Virus record (IMG/VR): IMGVR_UViG_3300005535_000017
Span: 82,331 to 146,330 of that record
DNA length: 64,000 bases
Source: a virus
Lineage: Duplodnaviria; Heunggongvirae; Uroviricota; Caudoviricetes
Reading direction: 5' to 3' (one strand)
Shown here: positions 63,999 through 64,000 of the stretch, piece after piece
How positions within the stretch are numbered: the stretch's first letter is position 1
How the letters are laid out: each line of letters begins with the position of its first letter
Translations under genes and position numbers: made by a program
Notes under the pieces: model-generated
Database searches by the model: none
Told to the model about the DNA's origin: nothing
Seen by the model: the letters and a program-made list of their open reading frames with translations, nothing else

Positions 63999-64000
63999 AA

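Noticed and set aside
1-64000. CRISPR arrays, tRNA/tmRNA genes, integrase/att sites
   Set aside because: No spaced direct-repeat arrays seen. Intergenic regions are short and contain terminator hairpins rather than cloverleaf-like segments. No tyrosine/serine recombinase motifs found. tRNA absence cannot be guaranteed without a covariance-model scan.

Overview
This is a GC-rich (about 60 percent) contiguous segment of a large tailed-phage genome; no cellular housekeeping context is visible. Genes are tightly packed, with many ATGA or 1-2 nt start/stop couplings, and sit in long co-directional blocks: + for 957-9337, 10514-24909 and 29617-52034; - for 52035-63998. The window contains four recognisable modules plus many small hypothetical proteins.
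(1) Nucleotide/DNA metabolism: a class II (B12-dependent) ribonucleotide reductase NrdJ, RNase HII, dCMP deaminase, an SNF2-like helicase, and two paralogous T4 endonuclease VII-like nucleases.
(2) Transcription: a 2118-aa single-polypeptide fusion of the multisubunit RNA polymerase beta and beta-prime subunits. All hallmark motifs are present. It is translationally coupled to a baseplate-spike gene.
(3) Packaging and head: large terminase, a prohead-protease-like protein, low-complexity scaffold-like proteins, and a putative major capsid protein followed by a strong terminator.
(4) Tail: a sheath-like 1223-aa protein, a tube-like protein, and a gpV/gp5-like spike.
Unusual accessory genes include a protein carrying a ribosomal bL12 (L7/L12) C-terminal domain, a stand-alone CheY-like receiver domain, a CobS/CobT-like AAA+ / vWA pair, a collagen-repeat lipoprotein, and a membrane-anchored J-domain protein beside a C39-like peptidase. 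A family of at least 11 glycine-zipper proteins is scattered through the virion modules. I did not see a CRISPR array, tRNA, or integrase. Terminators are called at 6534-6584, 9341-9386, 28379-28410 and 39181-39228. Functional calls rest on motif recognition by eye; no database search was run.
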